Origin: an uncultured Acidobacteriota bacterium
Lineage (GTDB): Bacteria; Acidobacteriota; Thermoanaerobaculia; Multivoradales; UBA5704
Assembly: GCA_963755825.1 (NCBI GenBank)
Contig: CAVWLA010000003.1
Span: 1,748,240-1,812,239, forward strand
DNA: 64,000 nt
Direction of reading: 5' to 3'
Positions 44,297-53,799 of the stretch are shown here, piece after piece; position 1 is the stretch's first letter; each line of letters opens with the position of its first letter. The notes beneath the pieces are model-generated. The model was not told where the DNA came from, did no database searches, and worked only from the letters and a program-made list of their open reading frames with translations. A program made the translations under genes and the position numbers.

Positions 44297-45601
44297 TCAG
44301 CCGGCGTGCTGGGGCCGGTTCCAGGCGCGGCGGAGATAGGTGGTGAGCTCGCGGAAGATGCTCCCCCGGACCTGCTTCTCGCGCAGCGAGCGCAGCGCGA
44401 GGAGGAGGACGGCGAGCCCCTCCTCGTGCATCCCCCAGCCCGCGAGCGAGCTGTGGATCTGCCCGACGATGTCGAGCGTCTCGTCGAGGCGGCCCTGGGC
44501 GGCGAAATTCTCCGCCAGGTCGATCATCATCAGGACGTACTCCTGATGGAGGCCGTAGCGGAGCAGCTCCTCGGCCGTGCCGGTGAGGATCGCCTCGGCC
44601 TCGGCGAGCCGCCCCATGCCGCGGTGGATCTTGGCCTCGAGCCAGAGGCGGCGGATCTGGGCGGCGCGGTCTCCGAAGCGGTGATAGAGCCAGCGGGACT
44701 TCTGCAGCAGCTCCTGCGCCTCTTCCGGTCGGCCGAGATCGCAGAGGAAAAACGCCGAGGTATGCCGGATGGAGAGCTCTAGCCGGGGCTCGCGGTGACC
44801 GTCGATCAGGGCGTGGGCGTCGCGCAGCAGGGCGACGCCGCGCTCGGGATCGACGTAGCCGATCGCCAGCGCCTCCTGGATGTTGACGCGGCCGATCATG
44901 TGCCGATCGCGCACCCTCTCGTAGATGGCGCGAGCCTTGGCGAGAACAGCGACAGCCTTGTCGAAGCGACCGAGATCGGTCAGTAGCGAGGCGGTGAGCG
45001 AATAGATGTGCGCCAGCTCGAGCCGATCGCAATCGTCTTGCTCGAGGAGGATGCGCTCCGCCAGCGCGAGCGAGCCGGCGGCGGCCTCAAAGTCGGCTGC
45101 CAGGCGCTGAGCGTTGCCGAGCGCGGCGAGAGCGGCGGTCCTGATCTCCAGGATCGTGGGCTCTCCGTAGCTGGCCCCGTCGAGCTTCTCGGCGACAGCG
45201 AGAGCGAGGCGAGCCAACTCCACAGCGTCGATCGGCTCGTCGCGTGCCCGCTCCTTGGAAACCTCGAGGAGCCGCTCGTACAGACCATAAGTGAGGTAAC
45301 TGGGGTCGTTGTTGATGCGGAGCTGGCGCTGCCGGGGGGAGAGACGCTCGAGATAGGCCCACTGCTCGCGGGCTCGCAGCCGCTCCGACCGCGGCTCGCT
45401 CGGCCACGCTGATCTCGTGCTCATCAATCGCCAGAAGACGGCGTCGTACTCGGCCGGCGGCTCCTCGTGAGCAAAAACGTCGCTCGCGAGCTGTCGGCAG
45501 ATCCGGCAACCGGACAGCAGATGCCGCAGGATCCGGTTGCGGTCCTCGCTACCCATGGAATTGTCGAAAAAACTCCGAAGCTCGCCCCGCATCACGTGCA
45601 T
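44297..45601 (-). CDS. cytoplasmic TPR-repeat protein with N-terminal zinc-finger-like motif (anti-sigma-like)
   Basis: ATG at 45601 lies 5 nt after GGAGGG. N-terminal HLLSGCRICRQ resembles the zf-HC2 motif of anti-sigma factors. There is no TM segment. The remaining ~350 aa are TPR-like helical repeats. Confidence 0.7.
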   Translation of the reverse strand: MHVMRGELRSFFDNSMGSEDRNRILRHLLSGCRICRQLASDVFAHEEPPAEYDAVFWRLMSTRSAWPSEPRSERLRAREQWAYLERLSPRQRQLRINNDPSYLTYGLYERLLEVSKERARDEPIDAVELARLALAVAEKLDGASYGEPTILEIRTAALAALGNAQRLAADFEAAAGSLALAERILLEQDDCDRLELAHIYSLTASLLTDLGRFDKAVAVLAKARAIYERVRDRHMIGRVNIQEALAIGYVDPERGVALLRDAHALIDGHREPRLELSIRHTSAFFLCDLGRPEEAQELLQKSRWLYHRFGDRAAQIRRLWLEAKIHRGMGRLAEAEAILTGTAEELLRYGLHQEYVLMMIDLAENFAAQGRLDETLDIVGQIHSSLAGWGMHEEGLAVLLLALRSLREKQVRGSIFRELTTYLRRAWNRPQHAG

Positions 45602-45745
45602 GGCACCCTCCGAAGGGGCTGTCGCGAATCCAGCGCGGATTCTACAACCTTGCGAAGGTACGGAGAAGGGCTGAGCTCGGAAGACGCAAGCCTCCCCAGG
45701 GAGGGTCACTGTCCTCCCAGCCCCGAAGTCCTGATTCGAGAAGGG

Positions 45746-46036
45746 TCAGGAAGCGCCGTTGGGATCGAATCCGCCTCGGCTGTCGTCCAAGGGCGAGCTG
45801 CAACCGAACACTGAATTGGCGCTCGTTGCCTGGCAGCTGCCGTTCGAGCTGTCCGAAGCCCCGCTCGCTTTCAGACCCAACACATGGAGAATTCGGTTCA
45901 AGAAGAGCCCGACCGGAGAGGCGCTCGCTGGAGCGACATGCCGAGAACCCCGCGCAGGCTGCGCGCTCAAGGGAGCCAAGCCAAGGCTGACCACCAACAC
46001 CGCGACGAAGATCACTCGACGGCTAGAGGGGCGCAT
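45746..46036 (-). CDS. small secreted protein with one Cys pair
   Basis: ATG at 46036 lies 8 nt after GGAAAGG. Signal peptide RRVIFVAVLVVSLGLAPLSA-QP. The mature ~70 aa are Ser/Gly-rich and contain CQATSANSVFGC. Local GC is lower than in the flanks. Confidence 0.5.
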   Translation of the reverse strand: MRPSSRRVIFVAVLVVSLGLAPLSAQPARGSRHVAPASASPVGLFLNRILHVLGLKASGASDSSNGSCQATSANSVFGCSSPLDDSRGGFDPNGAS

Positions 46037-46193
46037 GAGCGTCACCTTTCCGAGGATCGCGACCGGCTCTCAGATCCGATCAGTCTCCCCCTGGGTTTTC
46101 TGGATCTTCGTCTGCCAGCACCCGTCGGATTCATGCAACCGGAGGTATACAGAGGCCTGTGCGGCGCGGCTGCCAGGCGCTCGCCTCGGCTCG

Positions 46194-47297
46194 CTAGCCC
46201 GCCGGCAGGAGGTGTCCGCGCCCGGCGCGGAGACGCATCCACACCGCGCTGCCCTCGACCGGCGCGCTGCCCGGAGGCAGGTGGGCGAGGAGCTCTTCTC
46301 CGTCGGCGAGGCGCAGGACGGTGCGGTCGTAGGCGCCGAGACCGCGCGCGGCGACGACGGCCGCTCGGACGCCGGGCCCGGCGGCGCTCGCCGCGTCGAG
46401 CCCGTCGGGCGCCGCGATCTGCAGATCCTCGGGCCGCACGAGGAGCGTCCCCCGGCGCTGGGCGGAAGCGGCGGGCAGCTCGACCGTCCCCAGCGGTGTC
46501 GCGAGACGCAGCATGCCGCCCGCCGCGCCCACCACCTCCGCCGCCAGCAGGTTCGCCTCGCCGAGGAAGCCGGCGACGAAGGCGTCGGCCGGACGGCGGT
46601 AGAGGTCGAGCGGCGACCCCTGCTGCCCGATACGGCCGCGGTCGAGGACGACGAGATGATCGGCGAGGAGCATCGCCTCCTCCTGATCGTGGGTGACGTA
46701 GAAGACCGTCGTCGCCAGGCGGCCGAGGAGGGCCGCGAGCTCGGCGCGGACGGTTCGGCGCAGGCGCGCGTCGAGCGCCGAGAGCGGCTCGTCGAGGAGG
46801 AGGAGGGCCGGGCGCGGCGCGATCGCCCGCGCCACCGCCACCCGTTGCTGCTCGCCGCCGGAGAGCGCCGTCGGCCGGCGATCGAGGAGCGGCTCGATGG
46901 CGAGGAGCTGTGCCGCGTCGCGCACCCGCCGCGCCACCTCCGCCGCCGGATCGCCAGCTCCCGCGCCGCCGGCGAGGGCGCGCCGGCCGCGCGCGCTGCG
47001 CAGGCCGAAGGCGAGGTTCTCGGCGACGGTGAGGTGCGGGAAGAGGGCGTAGGACTGGAAGACGACGCCGACGTCGCGCCGCTCGGTGGGCGTCGCCGCG
47101 ACGTCGCGCCCGTCGAAGAGCACCGCGCCGCGCGCCGGCGCGAGGAGGCCGGCGAGGATGCCGAGGAGGGTCGACTTCCCCGAGCCCGAGGGGCCGATCA
47201 CCACCGTGATCTGGCCTTCCGGGAGCGCCAGCGAGACGCCGTCGAGGACCGGCGCGCGATCGTAGGAGAAGGCGATCTCCCGCAGCTCGACCCTCAT
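46194..47297 (-). CDS. ABC transporter ATP-binding protein (PotA/FbpC-like importer ATPase)
   Basis: ATG at 47297 is in frame with track ORF 46194..48047. Walker A GPSGSGKST, signature LSGGEQQRVAVAR, Walker B LLLDEPLSALD. C-terminal regulatory/TOBE-like domain. Confidence 0.9.
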   Translation of the reverse strand: MRVELREIAFSYDRAPVLDGVSLALPEGQITVVIGPSGSGKSTLLGILAGLLAPARGAVLFDGRDVAATPTERRDVGVVFQSYALFPHLTVAENLAFGLRSARGRRALAGGAGAGDPAAEVARRVRDAAQLLAIEPLLDRRPTALSGGEQQRVAVARAIAPRPALLLLDEPLSALDARLRRTVRAELAALLGRLATTVFYVTHDQEEAMLLADHLVVLDRGRIGQQGSPLDLYRRPADAFVAGFLGEANLLAAEVVGAAGGMLRLATPLGTVELPAASAQRRGTLLVRPEDLQIAAPDGLDAASAAGPGVRAAVVAARGLGAYDRTVLRLADGEELLAHLPPGSAPVEGSAVWMRLRAGRGHLLPAG

Positions 47298-47350
47298 CGC
47301 GCGCCACCCGCGATCCGGCAGCGGAGGAAGGCTCGCCACGACATCGGGCG

Positions 47351-48172
47351 CTAGGCCTGGAGCCCGCGGTGGAAGGCATCGCCGCCGAGGGCCTGGATGG
47401 CCCATAGCGCCGGCGCCACCGGCAGCAGGAAAACGATCGTCGCCGCGGCGGCGACCGGGAAGGAGTTGGTGGTGTAGGTCGCGTAGAGCGCCGCCGGAAA
47501 GGTCTGCAGCAGCGGCGTCGCGAGGAGGAACGAGGCGTTGAACTCGCCCCAGGAGACGGCGAAAACGAGGAGCGCCGAGAGCACCAGGGCGGGCCGGAGG
47601 AGCGGCACGACGATCCGCCGCGCCACCTCTCGCGGCGGCGCGCCGAGGGTCCGCGCCGCGGCCTCGAGAGCGCCCAGGTCGGGCTCGCGCCCCGCCGCGG
47701 AGTTGCCGACCGTCTTCACCACCAGCGGCACGCTGTAGGCGAGGTGGCCGGCGGCGAGGAGGACGAAGCGCGGCAGGCCGCCGGCCGTCTCGATGAGGGC
47801 GACGGCGAGGGCGATGCCGGGGATGGCGAGCGGCGTCAGGGCGGCCGCCTCGAGGGCCCGCGAGCCGCGGAAGGGGCGGCGGCGGAAGGCGTAGGCGGCG
47901 GGCGCGCCGAGGGCGAGGGCGAGCGGCACCACCACCGCCACCAGCTCCGCCGAATGGACCAGCGCGCCGCCCCAGATCGCCAGCACGTAGCGGAAGAGCG
48001 CTCCGCTCCCCACCACCGCGGCGCCCTCGGAGCGCTGCCCGTACCACTCGGAATGCCAGAAGGCGCCGGTCACCATCACCGCGAGCGGAAAGGCCAGCGC
48101 GAGGGCCGCCGCGGCGGTCGCCGCGATGCCCGCCCGGCGCGGCCAGCCGCCGCGGTGCCCGGCCGCGCTCAC
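47351..48172 (-). CDS. ABC transporter permease
   Basis: GTG at 48172 overlaps the upstream stop (GTGA). Six-TM MetI-like permease with an EAA-type loop (ALEAAARTLGAPPREVARRIVVPLLRP). Confidence 0.85.
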   Translation of the reverse strand: MSAAGHRGGWPRRAGIAATAAAALALAFPLAVMVTGAFWHSEWYGQRSEGAAVVGSGALFRYVLAIWGGALVHSAELVAVVVPLALALGAPAAYAFRRRPFRGSRALEAAALTPLAIPGIALAVALIETAGGLPRFVLLAAGHLAYSVPLVVKTVGNSAAGREPDLGALEAAARTLGAPPREVARRIVVPLLRPALVLSALLVFAVSWGEFNASFLLATPLLQTFPAALYATYTTNSFPVAAAATIVFLLPVAPALWAIQALGGDAFHRGLQA

Positions 48173-49008
48173 TCGGTGCCGCCTCCCAGCAGGCGATCGG
48201 CGGCGAGGGTGAGCACGGCGAGGGCGATGCAGAGCGCGCCGGCGACGGCGTCGTCGAGGAATCCCACCAGCTCGGTGTAGACCTCGAGCGGGGCCACGGT
48301 GAAGCGGCGGGCGAGGAGGAGAGCGACGCCGAAGGAGCCCATCGAGGCCGAGAAGGTGACCGCGACGGTGGCGCGAAGGGCGGGCGCGAGGAGCGGCAGG
48401 GCGATCTTCCGAAGGCGCTCGAGCGGCTCGGCGCCGAGGGTGCGCGCCGCCTGCATGAGCTCCCAGGGGAAGCGGTGGAAGGACGATTCGAGCGTCACCA
48501 CCGCCCGCGGCACCTCGAAGTAGAGATAGGCGAGGAAGAGGCCGGCGACCGTGTAGGCCGAGCCGGCGAAGAGCGCGCGGCCGGTGACCCACTGGGCGAG
48601 CTGCGGCAGGGCGCCGACGCGGCCGAGGACGACGACCATGAGGAAGCCGACGAGGACGCCCGAAAAGGTGAGCGGCAGGGTGATCGCGGCGCGCAGCAGG
48701 CGCGCGCCGGCGAAGCGCTGGCGGGCGAGGGTCCAGGCGGGGAGGATCGAGAGGGCCACGGCGGCGAGCGCCGCCGCGGCCGAGAGCGCCAGCGAATTGA
48801 CCAGCGACGTGCGGTAGCGGCCAGCGCCGAGGACCGCCGCGAGGGCGGCCGGCGAGCGGAGAGCGGCGGCGGCGAGACGGACGAGCGGCCAGGCGACGAG
48901 CGCGGCGAGGAAGAGCGCCAGCGGCAGCGCGAGGAGCGCTCCCGAGGCTCCGGCTCTCCTCACCCCGCCGCCGGTTCGGCCGGCCGCTCCGCCCGCGCTA
49001 CCGCCCAC
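48169..49008 (-). CDS. ABC transporter permease
   Basis: 279 aa. EAA-type loop (ELMQAARTLGAEPLERLRKIALPLLAP). Overlaps the 3' end of the binding-protein gene. Confidence 0.85.
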   Translation of the reverse strand: MGGSAGGAAGRTGGGVRRAGASGALLALPLALFLAALVAWPLVRLAAAALRSPAALAAVLGAGRYRTSLVNSLALSAAAALAAVALSILPAWTLARQRFAGARLLRAAITLPLTFSGVLVGFLMVVVLGRVGALPQLAQWVTGRALFAGSAYTVAGLFLAYLYFEVPRAVVTLESSFHRFPWELMQAARTLGAEPLERLRKIALPLLAPALRATVAVTFSASMGSFGVALLLARRFTVAPLEVYTELVGFLDDAVAGALCIALAVLTLAADRLLGGGTE

Positions 49009-50050
49009 TGCCGCGGATCTCGTCCACCCAGGCTTTCTTCAGGGCGTCGGCGGCCCCCGCCATCTTCGCGAGATCGAGCGAGCGGGCCCGCGCATACTCG
49101 CTCTCGGGGAGGAACCTGGCGGCGATCGCGGCGGGCAGCGTGCCGGCGACGACGGGCTTGAAGTAGGCCTTGGCAAACTCCGCCTGCGCAGGCTTGGTCA
49201 GCAGCCAGTCGAAGTAGCGCTCGGTCTCCTCCCGGTGCGGCGCTCCCTTCGCCATCCCCATCACCAGCGGCATGGTGAAGGTTCCCTCCCGCGGGATCAC
49301 CACCTCGACCGGCCCACCGTCGACGTGGCGCATCTTGTAACCGTTGCCGTCGGCGTTGATCCAGATCGGGATCTCGCCGCGGAGGACGGCGTTGTAGACC
49401 GACTCGCGCGGATAGGAGGAGACGTTGGCGTCGAGCTTCTTGAGGTAGGCGAGGCCGGGCTTGAAATTGGTCTCGCTGCCCCCCATCAGCTGGTTGAGGC
49501 CGTAGATCAGCGTGTACGAGGTGCCGCCCCAGCTCGGATCGTCGTAGGCGATCTTCCCCTTGTAGATCGGCTTCAGCAGATCCTGCCACGAGCGCGGCAC
49601 CGGCGCGCCGCCGAGCGCCTTGGTATTGACGACGAGGGCGATGGCGCTGGTGTGGACGGTCCACCAGAGGCCGCCGGGATCCTTGAGATCAGCCGGGATC
49701 AGCTCCCAGCCCTTCGGTTTGTAGGGCTGGTGGAGCCCCTTCTCCGCCGCCTGGAAGCCGATGGCGCCGGAGTAGTAGGCGCAGTCGGCGACGGGGTGGT
49801 CCCTCTCCTTCTCGAGCGCCGCGAGGGCGATCGACGAGCCCTTGGGGTCGGGCGGCACGGTGACGCCGGCGACCTGCTTGTAGAGGGCGGTGACGCCGCC
49901 CCAGTTGGCGTAGTTGGGGATGCAGTCGTACTGGATGACGACCTTCTCCGCGGCGGCCGCGGGAGCGACCGCGGCCACCAGCGAGAGAAGGGCGACGGCA
50001 GCCGTCCGAGCGGCACGGGCGAGCCTGAACGATTTCGCTGAGCGATGCAC
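48998..50050 (-). CDS. ABC transporter periplasmic substrate-binding protein (family 1, PotD/AfuA-like)
   Basis: GTG at 50050, with AGGAGA overlapping the porin stop. Signal peptide AVALLSLVAAVAPAAAA. Family 1 solute-binding fold-like sequence. The substrate cannot be assigned from sequence. Confidence 0.8.
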   Translation of the reverse strand: MHRSAKSFRLARAARTAAVALLSLVAAVAPAAAAEKVVIQYDCIPNYANWGGVTALYKQVAGVTVPPDPKGSSIALAALEKERDHPVADCAYYSGAIGFQAAEKGLHQPYKPKGWELIPADLKDPGGLWWTVHTSAIALVVNTKALGGAPVPRSWQDLLKPIYKGKIAYDDPSWGGTSYTLIYGLNQLMGGSETNFKPGLAYLKKLDANVSSYPRESVYNAVLRGEIPIWINADGNGYKMRHVDGGPVEVVIPREGTFTMPLVMGMAKGAPHREETERYFDWLLTKPAQAEFAKAYFKPVVAGTLPAAIAARFLPESEYARARSLDLAKMAGAADALKKAWVDEIRGSGR

Positions 50051-50058
50051 GGTGTCTC

Positions 50059-51195
50059 CTAGAAGCTGTCGTGGAGAACGAGGTTGTAGCTCTTGTCGAT
50101 GAAGGTGTCGGGGCCGTGCTCGGGCTCGCTCTTCCACCAGTCGTACTCGACGATCAGATCGAGCTTGTCGCGCAGGGTGACCACCGCGCCGGGCACCAGC
50201 TCGACCTCGGTCGCCTTGAGGTCGGTGTAGTCGACCTGGCTGTAGTTGACGCGCAGGTTGAGGCGCGGCAGCGCCTGCCAGCGGACGCCGGCGAGGAGGT
50301 AGGTGCCGTCGAGGTAGCCGAGGCGGAGGTCGGGGGTCAGCTCGGGCTTGATGCCGTTCTGCTTCAGCAGCTCGACGTAAGCGATCGCGGGGCCCCAGGT
50401 GAGGGTGCCGTCGACGGCGGCCTGCGCCAGCGAGAAGCTCGGCGTCGCGGCGCCGCCGGTGCGCTCGATGCGGCCGGAGAGACCGGAGAGACCGAGGGCG
50501 AACGAGCGGCCGGCGCCCAGCGACCAGGTGGGGACGAGGCGGGCGGTCACCGTGTCACGCTGCATCGCGGTGGGGTCGCTCTCGACGTCGCGGCCGGGGA
50601 GCGAGCCGGCGACGTGGTCGTTGTTGGCGAAGTATTGGGCGGAGTAGTCGAGCCCGAAGCGCGGGGTGACGGCGCGCTTGCCGACCAGCTCGACCCCGTA
50701 GTCCGGGTTGAGCTTCAGGCCGTTGAAGTACTGCACGTTGCCGAAGAACGAGTCGTCCCAGAGGACGCCGACCTTGCGGTAGAACTTGCCGGCGTGGACA
50801 TCGCCCACCGGCGTCTTCGCCCACACGTACGCCTCCTGGAACCAGACGTCGGAGACGAAGTACGAGCGCAGCTTGGAGTCGCGGGCGCGCGTCTGCACGT
50901 GGAGACCGTAGCTCTTGTCGGTCGACGCGGCATCGATGTTCAACAGGAAGGCGTAGATCTCGAACTTCTGGTCGGCGCCCTTCAGATCGGGCAGGTATTC
51001 GAAGAGATAGATGCCGCCGGAGAGGTCGAAGGTACCGGCCGGGGCGCGCACGGAGAGGGCGGGCGCCGGCTCGTCGGCGCGGGCGGCGAGCGCCGAGAGG
51101 GCGAGCAGGATCGACAGCAGGCCGGCGGCGCCTGGAAGGGGCGAGACGCGGGACGGACGGAGCAAGGCAAACCTCCTCGGCGGAGCCGGAGGCAT
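50059..51195 (-). CDS. outer-membrane beta-barrel protein (porin-like), first gene of the ABC importer operon
   Basis: ATG at 51195 is in frame with track ORF 50059..51501. Signal peptide LLSILLALSALAARA. Beta-strand periodicity. C-terminal LVLHDSF with a terminal Phe. Confidence 0.65.
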   Translation of the reverse strand: MPPAPPRRFALLRPSRVSPLPGAAGLLSILLALSALAARADEPAPALSVRAPAGTFDLSGGIYLFEYLPDLKGADQKFEIYAFLLNIDAASTDKSYGLHVQTRARDSKLRSYFVSDVWFQEAYVWAKTPVGDVHAGKFYRKVGVLWDDSFFGNVQYFNGLKLNPDYGVELVGKRAVTPRFGLDYSAQYFANNDHVAGSLPGRDVESDPTAMQRDTVTARLVPTWSLGAGRSFALGLSGLSGRIERTGGAATPSFSLAQAAVDGTLTWGPAIAYVELLKQNGIKPELTPDLRLGYLDGTYLLAGVRWQALPRLNLRVNYSQVDYTDLKATEVELVPGAVVTLRDKLDLIVEYDWWKSEPEHGPDTFIDKSYNLVLHDSF

Positions 51196-51230
51196 CCGCG
51201 CGGAACCAGCTTTCGATGACGACGGCGAGG

Positions 51231-51959
51231 TCAGCGGGCGAGCGCGCCGGCTGGCGGCGGCCCGCGCGTCGCGCGGCTGGCGGCGAGGAGGAGCGACGAG
51301 ATGCGGCTTCGCCGGGTGGCCCAGCCGCTGGCGAGCGGCGCCACCGGCAACAGGCGGAGGATCCAGCGCCGGAGGTCCGCCGGCAGCTCGCCGCCGAGGA
51401 GCGCCGCGAGATCGCCCGGCGCGTCGAGATCGGCGAGCGGCGACAGAACGGCGGCGTGCGCGTCGCGGGCGCGCAGCTCGGCGAAGACGCTCGCACGGCA
51501 CCAGGCGATGCCGGCGAGGAGATCGGAGCTGGCCGGCTTGCAGCCGAGGAGGTAGACGCCGCCGTCGGGCGACGGGCCGAGGACGGTGCGGTGTCTCGCC
51601 AGGAGGTCGAAGGCGCGCGCCAGCAACGCCGCGCCGAGCTGCGGCACGTCGCCCGGCACCGCGACGATCTCTTCGTAGCCGCGGGCGAGCGCGTCGGCGA
51701 AGGCGTTCTCCAGCCGCTCGCCGAAGCTGCCGCCGCGCTGGGGGAGGGAGGGCAGGCCGGGCGCCGGCGCCGCGCCGACCACCAGGAGATCGACGCCGGA
51801 GAGCTCGGCGACCGCCGCGACGACGCGGCGTCGCGCGTAGCCGAGCAACAGGCCCGCCCGCCCCAGCCGCTTGGCGCGCACCTCCATCGCCGTGGAGACG
51901 GCGAAGAGGAGGACGCAGCGGCGGTTCGCGGATCGATCCATCGAGCTCGGGCTTTGCAC
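51231..51959 (-). CDS. DUF2064 family protein (glycosyltransferase-like, TIGR04282-type)
   Basis: The pattern RGGSFGERLENAF ... VAVPGDVPQL ... VLGPSPDGGVYLLG ... WCRASV ... LADLDAPGDL matches my recollection of DUF2064. Confidence 0.65.
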   Translation of the reverse strand: MQSPSSMDRSANRRCVLLFAVSTAMEVRAKRLGRAGLLLGYARRRVVAAVAELSGVDLLVVGAAPAPGLPSLPQRGGSFGERLENAFADALARGYEEIVAVPGDVPQLGAALLARAFDLLARHRTVLGPSPDGGVYLLGCKPASSDLLAGIAWCRASVFAELRARDAHAAVLSPLADLDAPGDLAALLGGELPADLRRWILRLLPVAPLASGWATRRSRISSLLLAASRATRGPPPAGALAR

Positions 51960-52096
51960 GCGGAGCTTAGTACGAGTCAGCCTGCCGGCGCGGATCGACG
52001 GCGACCGGCGGCGCTCGGCGATGGAACGCGATCGCTGCGACGGGCTGTGCTAGCGTTCGGGCGTTCGGACGCCTGAACGTCCGGGCATCCACCCCT

Positions 52097-52621
52097 ATGT
52101 CGACACCCTCGCCCGCTCCAGACGCTCCGGCCCATGCGGCGCAGCCGCTGGTCAGCGTCATCATGGGGAGCCGCTCCGACTGGGAGACGATGCGCCATGC
52201 CGCCGAGATGCTCGCCCGCTTCGCGGTGCCGCACGAGAGCCTCGTCGTCTCCGCCCACCGCACCCCGGAGTGGATGCGCGAGTTCGCCACCACGGCGGCC
52301 GGCCGCGGCATCGAGGTGGTGATCGCCGGCGCCGGCGGCGCCGCCCACCTGCCGGGTATGGTCGCCGCGCAGACCCTCCTGCCGGTGCTCGGCGTGCCGG
52401 TCGAGAGCCAGGCGCTCAAGGGGATGGACTCGCTCCTCTCGATCGTCCAGATGCCCTCCGGCGTGCCGGTGGGGACGCTCGCCATCGGCCGCGCCGGCGC
52501 CGCCAACGCCGCCCTCCTCGCCATCCGCATCCTCGCCATCGCCCGTCCCGAGCTGGCGCGGCGCCTCGCCGACTTCGCCGCCGAGCAGGCGCGGGCGGTG
52601 CGCGCCGAGACCCTGGCGTGA
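52097..52621 (+). CDS. purE: N5-carboxyaminoimidazole ribonucleotide mutase
   Basis: [14 protein letters not shown] and VSAHRTPE ... [13 protein letters not shown] are canonical PurE motifs. Confidence 0.95.
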   Translation: MSTPSPAPDAPAHAAQPLVSVIMGSRSDWETMRHAAEMLARFAVPHESLVVSAHRTPEWMREFATTAAGRGIEVVIAGAGGAAHLPGMVAAQTLLPVLGVPVESQALKGMDSLLSIVQMPSGVPVGTLAIGRAGAANAALLAIRILAIARPELARRLADFAAEQARAVRAETLA

Positions 52622-53799
52622 GCGCCCGCCGCGCCGCGGCCGTCCTCCCCGGCGCCACGATCGGGGTCCTCGGCAGCGGCCAGCTGGGGCGGATGTTCGC
52701 CATCGCCGCGCGGCGGATGGGCTACCGCGTCCACACCCTCTCTCCCGACACCGACACGCCGACCGGCCAGGTCGCCGACCGCGAGGTGACCGCCGACTAC
52801 GACGACCTCGACGCCGTGCGCGCCTTCGCCCGCGGCGTCGACGTCGTCACTTTCGAGTTCGAGAACGTCCCCGCGGCGACCGCCGAGGCGGCGGCCGAGG
52901 CGGCGCCGGTGCGCCCCGGCGGCGCGGTCCTGCACACCACGCAGAACCGGCTGCGCGAGAAGAGCTTTCTCGCCGGCGCCGGCTTTCCCGTCACCCCTTT
53001 CGCCGCCGTCCGCGGCGACGGCGATCTGGCGGCGGCGATCGCGGCGATCGGCCTCCCCGCCGTCCTCAAGACCGCCGGCTGGGGCTACGACGGCAAGGGG
53101 CAGACGGTGATCCGCACCGCCGCCGAGGCGCCGGCGGCCTTCCATTCGCTGGGCACCGGCGAGGCCATTCTCGAGGCCTTCGTCGACTTCGAGCGCGAGG
53201 TCTCGGTGGTGGCGGCGCGCGGGCCCCACGGCGAGGCCGCCGAGTTCGCGCCGATCGAGAACCGCCATCGCCATCACATCCTCGACCTCTCGATCGCCCC
53301 CGCCGAGCTGGCGCCAGCGCTCGCTCGCGAGGCGGCGGAGATCGCCCGCGGCATCCTCTCGGCGCTCGACGTCGTCGGCGTCCTCTGCGTCGAGCTCTTC
53401 GTCACCCGCGACGGCCGGCTGCTGGTCAACGAGCTGGCGCCGCGCCCCCACAACTCGGGCCACCTGACTTTCGACGCCGCGGTGACCAGCCAGTTCGAGC
53501 AGCAGCTCCGCGCCGTCTGCGGCCTGCCGCTCGGCGCCATCGACCTCCTCCGCCCGGCGGCGATGGCGAACCTCCTGGGCGACCTCTGGGAGGGGGGCGA
53601 GCCCGACTGGGCGGCGGCGCTGGCGTACCCCGAGGTCAAGCTGCATCTCTATGGCAAGGCGGCACCGCGGCCCGGCCGCAAGATGGGGCACCTGACCGCC
53701 CTCGCCGCCGACCGCGAAACGGCCATGGCGCGCGCGCTGGCGGCGCGCCGGGCGCTCGGCGGCCCGGCCGACCGCGGCACGCCGGAGGAGCGCAGATGA
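52618..53799 (+). CDS. purK: N5-carboxyaminoimidazole ribonucleotide synthase (ATP-grasp)
   Basis: GTG at 52618 overlaps the purE stop (GTGA). [13 protein letters not shown]-terminus. ATP-grasp core [26 protein letters not shown]-terminal GRKMGHLT. Confidence 0.9.
   Translation: MSARRAAAVLPGATIGVLGSGQLGRMFAIAARRMGYRVHTLSPDTDTPTGQVADREVTADYDDLDAVRAFARGVDVVTFEFENVPAATAEAAAEAAPVRPGGAVLHTTQNRLREKSFLAGAGFPVTPFAAVRGDGDLAAAIAAIGLPAVLKTAGWGYDGKGQTVIRTAAEAPAAFHSLGTGEAILEAFVDFEREVSVVAARGPHGEAAEFAPIENRHRHHILDLSIAPAELAPALAREAAEIARGILSALDVVGVLCVELFVTRDGRLLVNELAPRPHNSGHLTFDAAVTSQFEQQLRAVCGLPLGAIDLLRPAAMANLLGDLWEGGEPDWAAALAYPEVKLHLYGKAAPRPGRKMGHLTALAADRETAMARALAARRALGGPADRGTPEERR

Noticed and set aside
43569-46193. 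Integrated island at tRNA-Gln with an att duplication.
   Set aside because: I found no repeat of the tRNA 3' end (GGTTCGAGTCCCTGCCTCCCAGCCA) downstream by eye, and no integrase. I kept the region only as a gene-content observation.
52040-52096. Possible purine or ZTP riboswitch in the purE leader.
   Set aside because: The only structure is a 6-bp hairpin (CGGACG-CCTGAA-CGTCCG, 52066-52083). I could not see the conserved ZTP (pfl) or purine riboswitch core sequences.
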